Assembly (NCBI GenBank): GCA_963775895.1
Contig: CAVZKL010000016.1
Span: forward strand, 9,441 to 73,440
DNA from: Candidatus Bathyarchaeota archaeon
Lineage (GTDB): Archaea; Thermoproteota; Bathyarchaeia; Bathyarchaeales; Bathycorpusculaceae
Direction: 5' to 3'
Length of the DNA: 64,000 bases
Part shown: one piece after another, positions 20,436 through 29,951 of the stretch
Layout: each line of letters begins with the position of its first letter
How positions within the stretch are numbered: position 1 is the first letter of the stretch
Translations under genes and position numbers: made by a program
The notes under the pieces: generated by a model
Database searches by the model: none
Told to the model about the DNA's origin: nothing
Seen by the model: the letters and a program-made list of their open reading frames with translations, nothing else

Positions 20436-20540
20436 CTCTATCCCGTCATGAAAGAGTATTCTTCAAAGTCAAGGCTATAGAGATTTTCCTATGTGCACCC
20501 GCGTCGTGGAAGGTTTTTTGGTGCGCTCAAAGAAAATCGA

Positions 20541-21281
20541 CTAGACACTTCGTTGCTTCAGCCTGGTGAGAGAGCTCCTTTTTATTGTTGGTTTATATCT
20601 TGATCCGGCCCAAATTTCCTCCAATTGAGCCTTCCCTTTTTCTGTGAGATTGAAGGTTACCCCAACACCGTCGGATCCCCATGTCTCTTCTAATAATCCT
20701 CTCTTGACAAGCCTTGTTATCGTTTGTTTGGAAATGCTAAATCGTTCGTGTAGGTCGAGAAATGGCAAAGACCTACTTAGCAATGCTTGAAACAACTTGG
20801 CCTTTTCCGCACATTGCAGAGGCCCTGACTTGCTGTTTGCGGGCTTCTGGTACCGTGGCGCACACGCAAGGTTCGATCTTGCACGGCTTCCAGAAATTGC
20901 TCTTGCTGAGGTCACATTTAGCTTTGATATGAGAGAACAGTTAGCTTTTGGTTTCGTCGTATGATCCTCTGGGCTAGTTTTGTTGCTGAGTCTTGGAAGG
21001 TCGTCGTTCTCAAGTAGAGTGAAACTTGTCTCCTTCCAAGTGTGGGTTGGGCTCTTGTGATGAACGTATACAAATCCGCCAAGTTTCTTCAGGTTGCCGC
21101 TCGAGTCTTTGACAGTTTGAAATACGGGAGCTTCACTGACTAGGACTCGGCCCGACCTCGCAGCTTTCTGAAGATGGAAAACCGCAGTCTTTCTTGAAAC
21201 TCCATAGTGCTCGGCTATCTCGTGAACAAATCGTGGTCTTGACAAGAACTCTAAGAGGTCGATTCTGCGCGGTTTCCTCAT
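20541..21281 (-). CDS. Putative transcription regulator with N- and C-terminal (w)HTH domains
   Basis: HEIAEHYGVSRKTAVFHL and LVKRGLL...FNLTEKG. Confidence 0.6.
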   Translation of the reverse strand: MRKPRRIDLLEFLSRPRFVHEIAEHYGVSRKTAVFHLQKAARSGRVLVSEAPVFQTVKDSSGNLKKLGGFVYVHHKSPTHTWKETSFTLLENDDLPRLSNKTSPEDHTTKPKANCSLISKLNVTSARAISGSRARSNLACAPRYQKPANSKSGPLQCAEKAKLFQALLSRSLPFLDLHERFSISKQTITRLVKRGLLEETWGSDGVGVTFNLTEKGKAQLEEIWAGSRYKPTIKRSSLTRLKQRSV

Positions 21282-21410
21282 GTCTAACCACGTGAAAAAG
21301 AGTCATCCAGAGGTTATAAATGTATCCAGCGCATAATTATTGACAAGGCATTGGGCAAGAACGGATAAATATTTGGTCCTTGACATTTCGATTGACTTGG
21401 GAGAGAGTGG

Positions 21411-24236
21411 GTGCAGTTGTCATCAAAGGCCGAGACTTCAACCAAGACGGATTTGATGTACGAGATTGTCTACAACCCAGACTTTGTTCCAATTCGCTCA
21501 GCAAGAGTCACTGTCAAAACTACGCTAGTGGGCGGCAAAGCTTCCTACCTAATGCAAAATCATGTCACTGGAATTTACTATGAACCTGATGAATTGGCCA
21601 ATCTGATCTGGACTTCAACCGATGGAAAAAGAACTGTAAAAGAAATAGTGGAAGAAGTCCAGAAACAGAAACCGAAAGTCAAAGAAGATGACGTCACTGG
21701 AATATTGCTTTTTTTCGCAGAAGCCAGCCTATTGGTATCAAGTCCTGAACGGTTGAAGACTAAAAGGTTCAAGGTAGTCTCAGCCTTTGAAATGGATTTG
21801 ACATTGATCAACCAAAGTAAGGACTTTATACACTCCATCCACAACAAATTACGTCCAATCTTGAAGAGATCTTTGCTTTGGGCCGTCGTCATTTTCATAG
21901 TCCTGGGAGCAGCGCTGTTTGCAGTCCGATTCGTGAGCATCTTTGGCAACAAATCGAATTTCCAAATCCTCGGATCAACTGCGGTGGGTTTCTTTTTCTA
22001 TTATTTTGTGGCGCTTGCCCCCGTAATTGCAATCCACGAGATTTCTCACGGGCTAGCACTTGTTCATTATGGCGGAGAACCTGGAGAGATGGGTGCGGGA
22101 ATCTTCTATTTTGGTCCAATGTTCTACACAGAAACCACGGACGTTTGGACCTTGGAGAAAAGGCACAGGATAATGGTTTTCTTGGCAGGAAACATAAGCA
22201 CACTCTCGATCGGCTCCATATTCGCATTTATTACGTTTTTTGTAAAGTTTCCGCAACCTGCTGTGCTCGTGCTGACAATGGTTGCTTTCTATTGCTTCAA
22301 CATGTCCTTGTTCAACTTCGCTCCCCCCTTTGAGACGGATGGATACTACGTTCTTTCAGACTCTTTGGACCTGCCGAACCTGCGTCACGAATCTTACGGA
22401 TACGTGGGTTCGCTCTTGCGGCGAGCCCTTGGAAGAAAAGCAAAATCGAAAGCTTCGGTGCTGACGAGGCGAAAAAAGTGGATCCTCATTACGTATGCCG
22501 CGGTATCCATAGGATGGATAATTTACATCGTGTTTCAGACCTCGCTCTTTCTCAGTTACATGAGCCAAGACATCATGGTCATCGTTTCCAACATTCTTCA
22601 CACGATTTGGACTTTTCAAGCTGTTCCTGCTTCGATAATACTAGTCGCCGTACTGTCTGTGCTCTATTTTGGAATGCAAGTTCTCGGATACGGATCGCTT
22701 TTCTTGGCTGCTGCTAGAAAGGCAATTCGGAAACCCGTTCGCATCGAGGCGATACCTGACAGAGCCGTATCAGTTTTCGCGTATTTGCCGTCGCAGGCTC
22801 CAGAATCGCTTTCGAACAACTTGAGAACCAAGATGGAGAAGACAGCGGAAAAGTTCACGCATGACTTTGAGATAAGACAAATTGGACGGTCGTGCATTGC
22901 AGTTTTGAGAATGGGCGGAACTAGTCTAGCCTTCACTCAAATCAAAGACAACCTCAAGCGTGTGGAAGACGAGTTCAGAACAGCTTATGAGAAACTGATT
23001 CTGCATCACCAAGATCAACTTCAAAAGTCAATAGGGATTTGCTCTTCCGCCAATATGAAAATGACTAGATTGCTCGAAAAGGTGGCAAATGAATCCGTCA
23101 GTTCAGGCAATTCTGGAGCTCTCGCAATCGTCAATGCGTGCAAAGAGAAGCAGAAAGAGACAATCCATTACCTACTCACTTCCTCTTTTGGAACAGTGTG
23201 GACAATTGAAGTGCAGCCTGCCCACGAGTATCAGATTCAGAGGGAAATAATGCCCGAAATGCTCTTGGAAGACTTAACGTTGACAGATCTTTACGGTGAC
23301 TGCGAAAACTTCAAGAAGCGTATCGTTTTCGGTTTTGACTCGCTGACGAGATTGGCAGAAGACACCGAAGCCGGCCTAAAAGAAAGTCTTGCTCAGCCTC
23401 AGGAATACCAGCTGGTCGGCGTTTTCGAGCCTATTAGGAGTCGCATCACTTTTGTAGGAAGGACAGAGCAGTTGGGGAAGAAGCTTGATGTTTTTGCACC
23501 GTACTTCTTGGCCGAAACTTGGTCAGGCTACCTGGACAACTTGTTGACAGAAACGTGTTATGACATTGACGCCTTGAATAGAGTTCGTCTTCCAACCGCG
23601 AAACAGATGAAGGAAATGAGCGTTGGCGAGTTGGCCGTTCTAACCAAAGATCTTTCCGAGTTCGCGGAAAATCGGGAGCTAGTCGACAAGCGCATTCGAG
23701 GGTCAGAAGACACACTTTCCAAGATGAATCAACACATGCAAGAAGTGCGCGATGCGATAAAGCCCTCTGGGAATTATGAGATTGGGTTGCTGGACGCAGC
23801 GTTCAATGTCAACGCCGAAAACCTCGAGGCGATTCCAGTCAGAATAAGAGATTTCCGAAAACAATGGAGGACTGTATGCAAAGAACTTGACAGAATTGGA
23901 AAGTACGTCACCGATGAATACGAGAAGAGAAGAGGCGAGATCCGTCAAGAGAAGCGCAAGATGCTTAATGTATATCCGGCCGTTGTGGCCATTTCAACCC
24001 TGATTGCCGCGTGTAGCTTTCTGCCGACTTTTAGCATGTTCCAGATCCCGGTACTTTCAATAGCATTAATCGCGCAAGCTTTTTACTGGTTCGTTTTTTA
24101 TCGTAAGTGGAGATCGTTCCGCCGAGTTTCAAAGTATCCCACTGAAGCTTTCAGTCGTATCCATCTTCTCATTCTAGCGTGGACAGAAGCAATCTACGGA
24201 TACGTCACAACCGGCGACATTCTAGCTCCATTGTGA
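21411..24236 (+). CDS. PqqD/RRE-like domain + M50 membrane zinc peptidase + long unknown C-terminal region
   Basis: YLMQNHVTGIYY..LIW..DGKRTVKEI (RRE-like), HEISH, NFAPPFETDG, multiple TM helices. Confidence 0.85.
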   Translation: MQLSSKAETSTKTDLMYEIVYNPDFVPIRSARVTVKTTLVGGKASYLMQNHVTGIYYEPDELANLIWTSTDGKRTVKEIVEEVQKQKPKVKEDDVTGILLFFAEASLLVSSPERLKTKRFKVVSAFEMDLTLINQSKDFIHSIHNKLRPILKRSLLWAVVIFIVLGAALFAVRFVSIFGNKSNFQILGSTAVGFFFYYFVALAPVIAIHEISHGLALVHYGGEPGEMGAGIFYFGPMFYTETTDVWTLEKRHRIMVFLAGNISTLSIGSIFAFITFFVKFPQPAVLVLTMVAFYCFNMSLFNFAPPFETDGYYVLSDSLDLPNLRHESYGYVGSLLRRALGRKAKSKASVLTRRKKWILITYAAVSIGWIIYIVFQTSLFLSYMSQDIMVIVSNILHTIWTFQAVPASIILVAVLSVLYFGMQVLGYGSLFLAAARKAIRKPVRIEAIPDRAVSVFAYLPSQAPESLSNNLRTKMEKTAEKFTHDFEIRQIGRSCIAVLRMGGTSLAFTQIKDNLKRVEDEFRTAYEKLILHHQDQLQKSIGICSSANMKMTRLLEKVANESVSSGNSGALAIVNACKEKQKETIHYLLTSSFGTVWTIEVQPAHEYQIQREIMPEMLLEDLTLTDLYGDCENFKKRIVFGFDSLTRLAEDTEAGLKESLAQPQEYQLVGVFEPIRSRITFVGRTEQLGKKLDVFAPYFLAETWSGYLDNLLTETCYDIDALNRVRLPTAKQMKEMSVGELAVLTKDLSEFAENRELVDKRIRGSEDTLSKMNQHMQEVRDAIKPSGNYEIGLLDAAFNVNAENLEAIPVRIRDFRKQWRTVCKELDRIGKYVTDEYEKRRGEIRQEKRKMLNVYPAVVAISTLIAACSFLPTFSMFQIPVLSIALIAQAFYWFVFYRKWRSFRRVSKYPTEAFSRIHLLILAWTEAIYGYVTTGDILAPL

Positions 24237-24296
24237 AGACGCAAAAAAAGGAAATAAACCCTAAAAAGGGCGGTTTTGCGCGTAGATAGTTCCTCC

Positions 24297-24557
24297 CTAC
24301 TCCACTTTTGTTGGTGTATGAGTGCCTAACTTTGTTGCTACGTGGGTGCCTAACTTTGTTGGTGTATGAGTGCCTAACTTTGTTGCTACGTGGGTGCCTA
24401 ACTTTGTTGGTGTATGAGTGCCTAACTTTGTTGCTACGTGGGTGCCTAACTTTGTTGGTGTATGAGTGCCTAGTCTTACCGCCATTTTTGTGGGTTCTCT
24501 GAGCTCTGGAACGACTCTCACCTTCTCGTCAGGCTTAACAACCTTTTTTTCTTTCAT
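24297..24557 (-). CDS. Repeat-containing peptide, candidate multicore precursor (86 aa)
   Basis: GGAGGTGA SD upstream and TATA-like TTTTAAAT further upstream; 28-aa leader + 7 octapeptide repeats + VE. Confidence 0.8.
   Translation of the reverse strand: MKEKKVVKPDEKVRVVPELREPTKMAVRLGTHTPTKLGTHVATKLGTHTPTKLGTHVATKLGTHTPTKLGTHVATKLGTHTPTKVE
24307..24472. repeat. Tandem repeat: 3.5 perfect 48-bp units, each two alternating 24-mers
   Basis: A = tttgttggtgtatgagtgcctaac, B = tttgttgctacgtgggtgcctaac, order ABABABA. Confidence 0.98.
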
Positions 24558-24718
24558 TCAGTTTTCACCTCCAATTAGAGCGCTTTTCACACACTTCATG
24601 TAAGTGGCGATTTAATTTAAAAGATTGTTTGAAGATCATGATATACACGTAACAGTAAGACTTTTCTTACGATACGAACATATGAGTGATCTAAGCAGCA
24701 AAAGGTGGACATTGGAAG

Positions 24719-24922
24719 ATGAAGCGAGAACCAAAGGCTGAAACTGAAGGAACAGTGGAGGCGATTTTTAGGGGTCAATCAAGGATGACGGCTCGGGGGC
24801 AGATAACCGTGCCCACCGAAGTGAGGAAGAAGTTTGGACTGAGACCTGGAGATATCTTGTGTTTTTTGGAGATGGAAGGAACAGTCATTCTTAAGCTAGG
24901 ACCCCTCGTACTCACCGAATAG
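24719..24922 (+). CDS. AbrB/MazE/SpoVT family DNA-binding protein
   Basis: RMTARGQITVPTEVRKKFGLRPGD. Confidence 0.9.
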   Translation: MKREPKAETEGTVEAIFRGQSRMTARGQITVPTEVRKKFGLRPGDILCFLEMEGTVILKLGPLVLTE

Positions 24923-24966
24923 TCTTTTTCAGATGTATGTTGCCCGCGCGAGCGCGCGCGCCAATT

Positions 24967-27579
24967 CTAGCTACTGGTGGTGGAGGGCTCGCCAGTAGGG
25001 TATAACGCATTAGAGGGCTTTTCGATCTCAATCAACAGTAAATTCAGCTTCTCGACGTTGATTCTACTGCCGAGCTTCTCGTACAATTTCTTTGCCTTTT
25101 CAATCTGTGCTCTTGCGGCGGAGAGTTTTCGTTGTCTTCCAAGGGCCCAAGCATAGTCGGTCCTAGCCATTGCTTCATGCAAAACCGGGGCCATAGCCCC
25201 GCTTAGCAACTCAAAAAACTTTTCAAAATGGCTATTTGCTTCATCCCATTGACCTTTGGCTGCAAATATGACGGCTTCCGTGCGAGCACCTACCGCTTGG
25301 GCCAGTTTACTTGATCCACGACTGGTAGCCGCATAGGATTTGGTGAATTTCTCCATATATTCCTCCAAGCGTTTAAGCTCTCCGAGTTTTGCATAATCTC
25401 TTGCGATGTTCGAGTAGATCATACTTTGAATGTAGTACGAATCCGTTTTCTCCGCATATTTGAGTCCCTTGAGTGAGTCATCAAGCGCTTCTTTTAGCTC
25501 GCCCAAGGATTCGTGAAGCAAACCCGAATACAGTCTGGCCCAAGCCATTCTGTTATACTCGCCTATTTTCTCCCCTATCCTGATCACTTTATCCCAGCTA
25601 TCAAGAGCCTCCTGATGAGAACCACGCGTGAATTGAGCGTTTCCCATCCAGAAATAAGCCTCGGTCTCTTTGCGCGAGTTTCCTATTTTTTCGTATAATT
25701 CGATCGCGCGTTGGAGAAAACGGACAGATTCTTCACCTTGAGAGTTCGCCACGTAAACAGATCCAATTTCCAGCAACGCATCGGCCACGTCAGGATCAGA
25801 GTTCTTCTCCTCAAAAATCTGCAGGCAGTTCTCCAATTCGTTCAACGCACTTGCTATTGAAATGTTACCTCTGAAGGTATTGGTTTTTGTCCTGTACATT
25901 TGAACCCTTGCGTATTCTAGACTACTAAAACGAGAGTCTTTCTCAGCTTGGTCCGCCAATTCCAATGCATGGGGCATGTCCCCCCTGTTGAAAGAAGCAG
26001 TCATAGCCTTCCTAAGAGCGCGAAGTCTCAACTCACCCGATTCCGAGATGTTGCTCAATAACTCGAGTTTTTTCGCAGCTCCCTCAAATCTACCCATGGC
26101 TGAAAGGGCATCTCCTAGCCCTTCTAGAGCAGTAAGTCTCTCAGCAGCGTATTTCGGATCCTCCGATGTAATTTTCAGTACATATTCGAAATGCTTTACA
26201 GCTTCGCTATTACTGAACCTTTTCAGAGCATCTTCACCAGCCGCGATACTGTACGGTATCGATTTTTCCCTGTTTCCTGCTTGACCGTAGTGAAATGCCA
26301 AGTCGTTGACCGGCAATTCTGTGGCTTGCATACTGAAATTCTCTATTTTCTCCGCGACTCTCTCGTGATACTCGCGCTTTAGAGGTGCAGACATTTCCTC
26401 GTATAGGACTTCACGAAACTTGGCGTGACCAAACTTGTACACGTTCTCAACTGGATGAATCAAAAGAGTCGAGCGTGCGATTACGTTCAGAGTCTCCAGA
26501 ACAGTCAATCTATCTTCAGATAGAACTGCTCCGAGCAGTGATGGATCAAACCGTTCTCCAATCGCAGATCCTAGATCAAGCATTCTCCTTTGAACCGTGT
26601 TCAAGCGGTTTAGCCGATACAGTATAACGTCTTTCACTTTTGTTGGTATATCCAGTTCCTTTGCATCAAGACACCATGTGCCATCTTTACAGACTAGGCC
26701 ACCGGATTCAATAAGCATCCTAACGGATTCGACTGCAAAAAGCGGGTTCCCTTGGGTGTCTCTTGAAAGTTTTTCGACAAATTCCGGTTCAATCGCCCCG
26801 TTGACCATCAGCTCAGCAAGCTTCTCGACGTCAGGCTTGTCTAGGTTGAGGATTTTTATCTCGGCGAACAGATCTTCACGCCTCATCAATTGCAGGGTTT
26901 CACCCAATGGATTAGGATGCCCTTCGTAGTCCTGACTCACTTCTTCAATTCGAAAAGTACCTATTATGAGAATCTTCGAGGGCCTAATAGCGCGTGACGC
27001 ATAATGAAGCAACGCTAAAGAGGCAGAGTCGGCCCAATGAAGGTCATCAATGAACAGAACTAAGGGTTTCTCCGCCGAAATTGAAAGTAGGGCGCTCAAC
27101 ACAGCCGCATACGTCTTGTCTTTCCTGATTTCGGCGCTCAACCCCGGTTGAGTGTTTGTTGTCTTGTGGTGCTTTGGGCCTTTGAGCCACCCTGTTATTC
27201 CAATGGGTTCAGCCTCGAACACCTCATTTCCCTTCAACCAGCCCACTATTCCTAGATACTCCTTTGCAGATTTGTTGGCATCTTGATCTTGACCATAAGA
27301 GTGGAGGGTGTTGAAAGCTTCTATGAAGGGAAAGTATGGGATTGGAGTTCTACTGATGCAAAATCCCGTCAAAACACTGACGTTCTTCTCTCTGATCGTC
27401 TTCAAAAATTCCTTCACAAGTCTAGTCTTTCCAGCTCCAGCTTCACCGAAAACAAACACAGTGGCGCCTATTCCCGAAGACGCCGAATCAAATAGCCTTT
27501 TCAGTTGTTGAAATTCCGGCTCTCTGCCGACAAACGTAGGCTCAGTGAGCATTGAAGGCGTGTAAGGATTTTCAGCCAT
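24967..27579 (-). CDS. STAND-type AAA ATPase with C-terminal TPRs
   Basis: FVGRE, GEAGAGKTRL, LFIDDLHWAD, GNPLF, helical TPR-like repeats. Confidence 0.9.
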   Translation of the reverse strand: MAENPYTPSMLTEPTFVGREPEFQQLKRLFDSASSGIGATVFVFGEAGAGKTRLVKEFLKTIREKNVSVLTGFCISRTPIPYFPFIEAFNTLHSYGQDQDANKSAKEYLGIVGWLKGNEVFEAEPIGITGWLKGPKHHKTTNTQPGLSAEIRKDKTYAAVLSALLSISAEKPLVLFIDDLHWADSASLALLHYASRAIRPSKILIIGTFRIEEVSQDYEGHPNPLGETLQLMRREDLFAEIKILNLDKPDVEKLAELMVNGAIEPEFVEKLSRDTQGNPLFAVESVRMLIESGGLVCKDGTWCLDAKELDIPTKVKDVILYRLNRLNTVQRRMLDLGSAIGERFDPSLLGAVLSEDRLTVLETLNVIARSTLLIHPVENVYKFGHAKFREVLYEEMSAPLKREYHERVAEKIENFSMQATELPVNDLAFHYGQAGNREKSIPYSIAAGEDALKRFSNSEAVKHFEYVLKITSEDPKYAAERLTALEGLGDALSAMGRFEGAAKKLELLSNISESGELRLRALRKAMTASFNRGDMPHALELADQAEKDSRFSSLEYARVQMYRTKTNTFRGNISIASALNELENCLQIFEEKNSDPDVADALLEIGSVYVANSQGEESVRFLQRAIELYEKIGNSRKETEAYFWMGNAQFTRGSHQEALDSWDKVIRIGEKIGEYNRMAWARLYSGLLHESLGELKEALDDSLKGLKYAEKTDSYYIQSMIYSNIARDYAKLGELKRLEEYMEKFTKSYAATSRGSSKLAQAVGARTEAVIFAAKGQWDEANSHFEKFFELLSGAMAPVLHEAMARTDYAWALGRQRKLSAARAQIEKAKKLYEKLGSRINVEKLNLLLIEIEKPSNALYPTGEPSTTSS

Positions 27580-27800
27580 AGCGCGCGCCTCATTCTACTA
27601 TTTGGGCCCCTGCTGCAATTAAACCTTGAGCTTCACTTACGTGTCACTTGCCAACTAGCGCTTTGTTTCTTTGCGGATAAAAGTTCTCTCTGGCAATAAC
27701 CAATGTCTATGAGTCATCTGACTGCATATTGTGATTCGTTCTCATCTTACTATCACAAAGTCTTTAAACCACAAGGTAAATTACAGAAAGGGGACAACTC

Positions 27801-28706
27801 GTGCAAAATTCCAAGGTAAAAAGATCTGGAGATGACCAGCCTACAACACTGGTGGTTGGAGCTACTGGAGAACTTGGAGGCGCGATCGCTAGGATGCTTC
27901 TTGCGCAGAAGCGACATGTGCGTTGTTTGGTAAGGCAGCACTCGAAATATCAGCCTCTCGTGGAAGCTGGAGCAGAGATCGTGTGGGGAGATCTGAAGGA
28001 TCGGAAGTCTCTTGACCCTGGATGTGCAGGAGTCGAAACAGTCATTACAACTGCGAACTCGGCTAGGCGTGGTGGTCAGGACAATCCGAAGACGGTGGAT
28101 CTTGAAGGAAACCGCAATTTGATTGACGCTGCCAAAAATGCGGGAGTAAAACACTTCATATTCATCTCGGCCAATACCGCTGATGCGCACAGTCCTGTAC
28201 CATTTCTTCAAGCCAAAGGAAAAACTGAAGAACATCTTCGCGAAAGCGGGATGAAATATACCATCATTGCCCCTGACGCTTACATGGAGTTCTGGGTTGC
28301 GAACATCGTGGGATTGCCAGCATTGAATGGGCAGCCTGTAACCATCGTTGGTGATGGTCAGCGAAAACATTCCTTTGTCTCAGCTGCAGACGTTGCAAAG
28401 ATAGCTCTTGCCTCCGTCAACAATCCCAAAGCGATGAATCAGCGACTACTAATCGGTGGTCCCCAACCAGTTTCATTCCTCGACATCGTAGCCGTTTATG
28501 AGCGTGCTCTGAGCCGCAAGATTACGGTTAACCATGTAGCTCCAGGTCAATCCGTGCCTGGTCTCAGTGAGGAACTGGTGGCGTTGCTGACCGGCTTCGA
28601 TATGTATGATTCACCCATAAATATGACGGAGATCACTCGCACCTATGGCGTTAAACCCACTTCGGTTGAGGAATTTGCAAAGAACATGGTTGCAGGTTCC
28701 AAATAG
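27801..28706 (+). CDS. NmrA-like / atypical SDR oxidoreductase
   Basis: VVGATGELG; NLIDAAKNAGVKHFIF. Confidence 0.9.
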   Translation: MQNSKVKRSGDDQPTTLVVGATGELGGAIARMLLAQKRHVRCLVRQHSKYQPLVEAGAEIVWGDLKDRKSLDPGCAGVETVITTANSARRGGQDNPKTVDLEGNRNLIDAAKNAGVKHFIFISANTADAHSPVPFLQAKGKTEEHLRESGMKYTIIAPDAYMEFWVANIVGLPALNGQPVTIVGDGQRKHSFVSAADVAKIALASVNNPKAMNQRLLIGGPQPVSFLDIVAVYERALSRKITVNHVAPGQSVPGLSEELVALLTGFDMYDSPINMTEITRTYGVKPTSVEEFAKNMVAGSK

Positions 28707-29044
28707 CGCGCGCTAGCCTGTTTGATAATCAATTAGGTAAATCACGCGCGTTTAGTATATCCATAAGAAGGCTTTTCAGATACTTGTTGTTAACTTCTAT
28801 TAGTCCACAGGTTTATCAGGGGCGTAGCGTGCGCGAGTGACAGTCTGTATGTCAACCACCATTGACACCCAGAAGACAAGATAGGGTATGTTGAGTATTA
28901 AAGACTACATCATAACCCACGAAAAGAACATGAGGCAGAAAAAGTGCGTGCGCGCGCGCAAGATCTCTCCACAAACGATATTTGACCGAAGAGACTATCT
29001 AGAGACGCTCGCGCGAAATACGAATGTCAGAGGCGGTGTAAGAA

Positions 29045-29623
29045 ATGAGTGACAAATCACCTAGTAAAAGTTTAATCGATGAGTTACCAGGCGCAGTGAA
29101 AGAGAACCTTTCCTCTGGAGAGGAAGTGATCCGTTACCTAAAAACTTTCGAAGTAGTTGAAAGACCCGACTACATCATACTCACAAACCTCCGTGTTGCC
29201 TATTTCGATGAGAGACATCTGGGTCGCTACGTCTTCAAGTCCATACCGTTCGAGAAGCTACTCCAAATAAGGGCGGGTCGAGGTGCCGTGCTGTGGGGAG
29301 AAATCTCCTTCGAGAGCGAGGATGGCACCGTGATTCTATTGGAGAGGGTCGCGCGCCGCGACATAGAAGGCTTCATAGACGCCCTGGAAACCGCATATAA
29401 CAGCATAGCCGTGGAGCCGATATCAATAAAACATGAAAAGGATCTGCTCGGCAAGGCGACATGGGAGTTCAACAAGCCCGCAGAGATGATTGTCCGGCAA
29501 CGGTCTTCCGATCAGCCTAAACCATCTGAGGATCCGCTAGATCAGCTAAAAATGAGGTTCATCAGAGGGGAGATATCCGAAGAGGAGTACAAGGCTAAAC
29601 TTCGTGTACTGCAAGAGAAGTGA
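29045..29623 (+). CDS. Bacterial PH-like domain + SHOCT domain protein
   Basis: IILTNLRV; C-terminal LKMRFIRGEISEEEY. Confidence 0.8.
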   Translation: MSDKSPSKSLIDELPGAVKENLSSGEEVIRYLKTFEVVERPDYIILTNLRVAYFDERHLGRYVFKSIPFEKLLQIRAGRGAVLWGEISFESEDGTVILLERVARRDIEGFIDALETAYNSIAVEPISIKHEKDLLGKATWEFNKPAEMIVRQRSSDQPKPSEDPLDQLKMRFIRGEISEEEYKAKLRVLQEK

Positions 29624-29883
29624 ACGTGTTCTCATTGCCGTTTGTTCTGCCATCATTCATAATTGCCGTAGCAAGAGTGACTGTTCCTTGGTCCAGAACA
29701 AAACACAGACCAAAAAACCCAACGAAAAGTATGAATCCGACAAGGCTAAAAATACGCAAGCCCCTTGCTTTGTTTCGTTCTTCTCTGATTTTCTCTTGAA
29801 AGGCTACTATGCGCGCGCTTGCTCGTTCAGACATGAAGCCACCAATTTCCTTTGATCGTAGGTCCCTATTCTGATTCTTAGTC

Positions 29884-29920
29884 GTTTGGGTTTGGGATAA
29901 AACTTTACCCCAAACCAAAC
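29884..29920 (+). repeat. ~37-bp imperfect palindrome, copy 1
   Basis: gtttgggtttgggataaaactttaccccaaaccaaac. Confidence 0.85.
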
Positions 29921-29951
29921 TTTTATAAAAATGAACATGTTGTCATCACTC

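Noticed and set aside
24307-24472. CRISPR array
   Set aside because: The variable parts are only a few bases and alternate between two identical versions; no unique spacers or cas genes; the repeat is in frame in an ORF with an SD
24297-24557. Graspetide, lanthipeptide, thiopeptide or lasso precursor
   Set aside because: Cores lack the needed Asp/Glu or Cys, and no matching maturase is nearby
28851-28866. gtcaaccaccattgac as an IS200/IS605 or IscB end
   Set aside because: Only a 5-bp stem, with no tnpA, tnpB or iscB remnant nearby
29595-29918. ORFs beginning MVWGKVLSQTQT / MFGGKVLSK / MVGGKVLSQTQT (also at 30906 and 54431)
   Set aside because: The shared N-termini are simply translations of the palindromic DNA repeat
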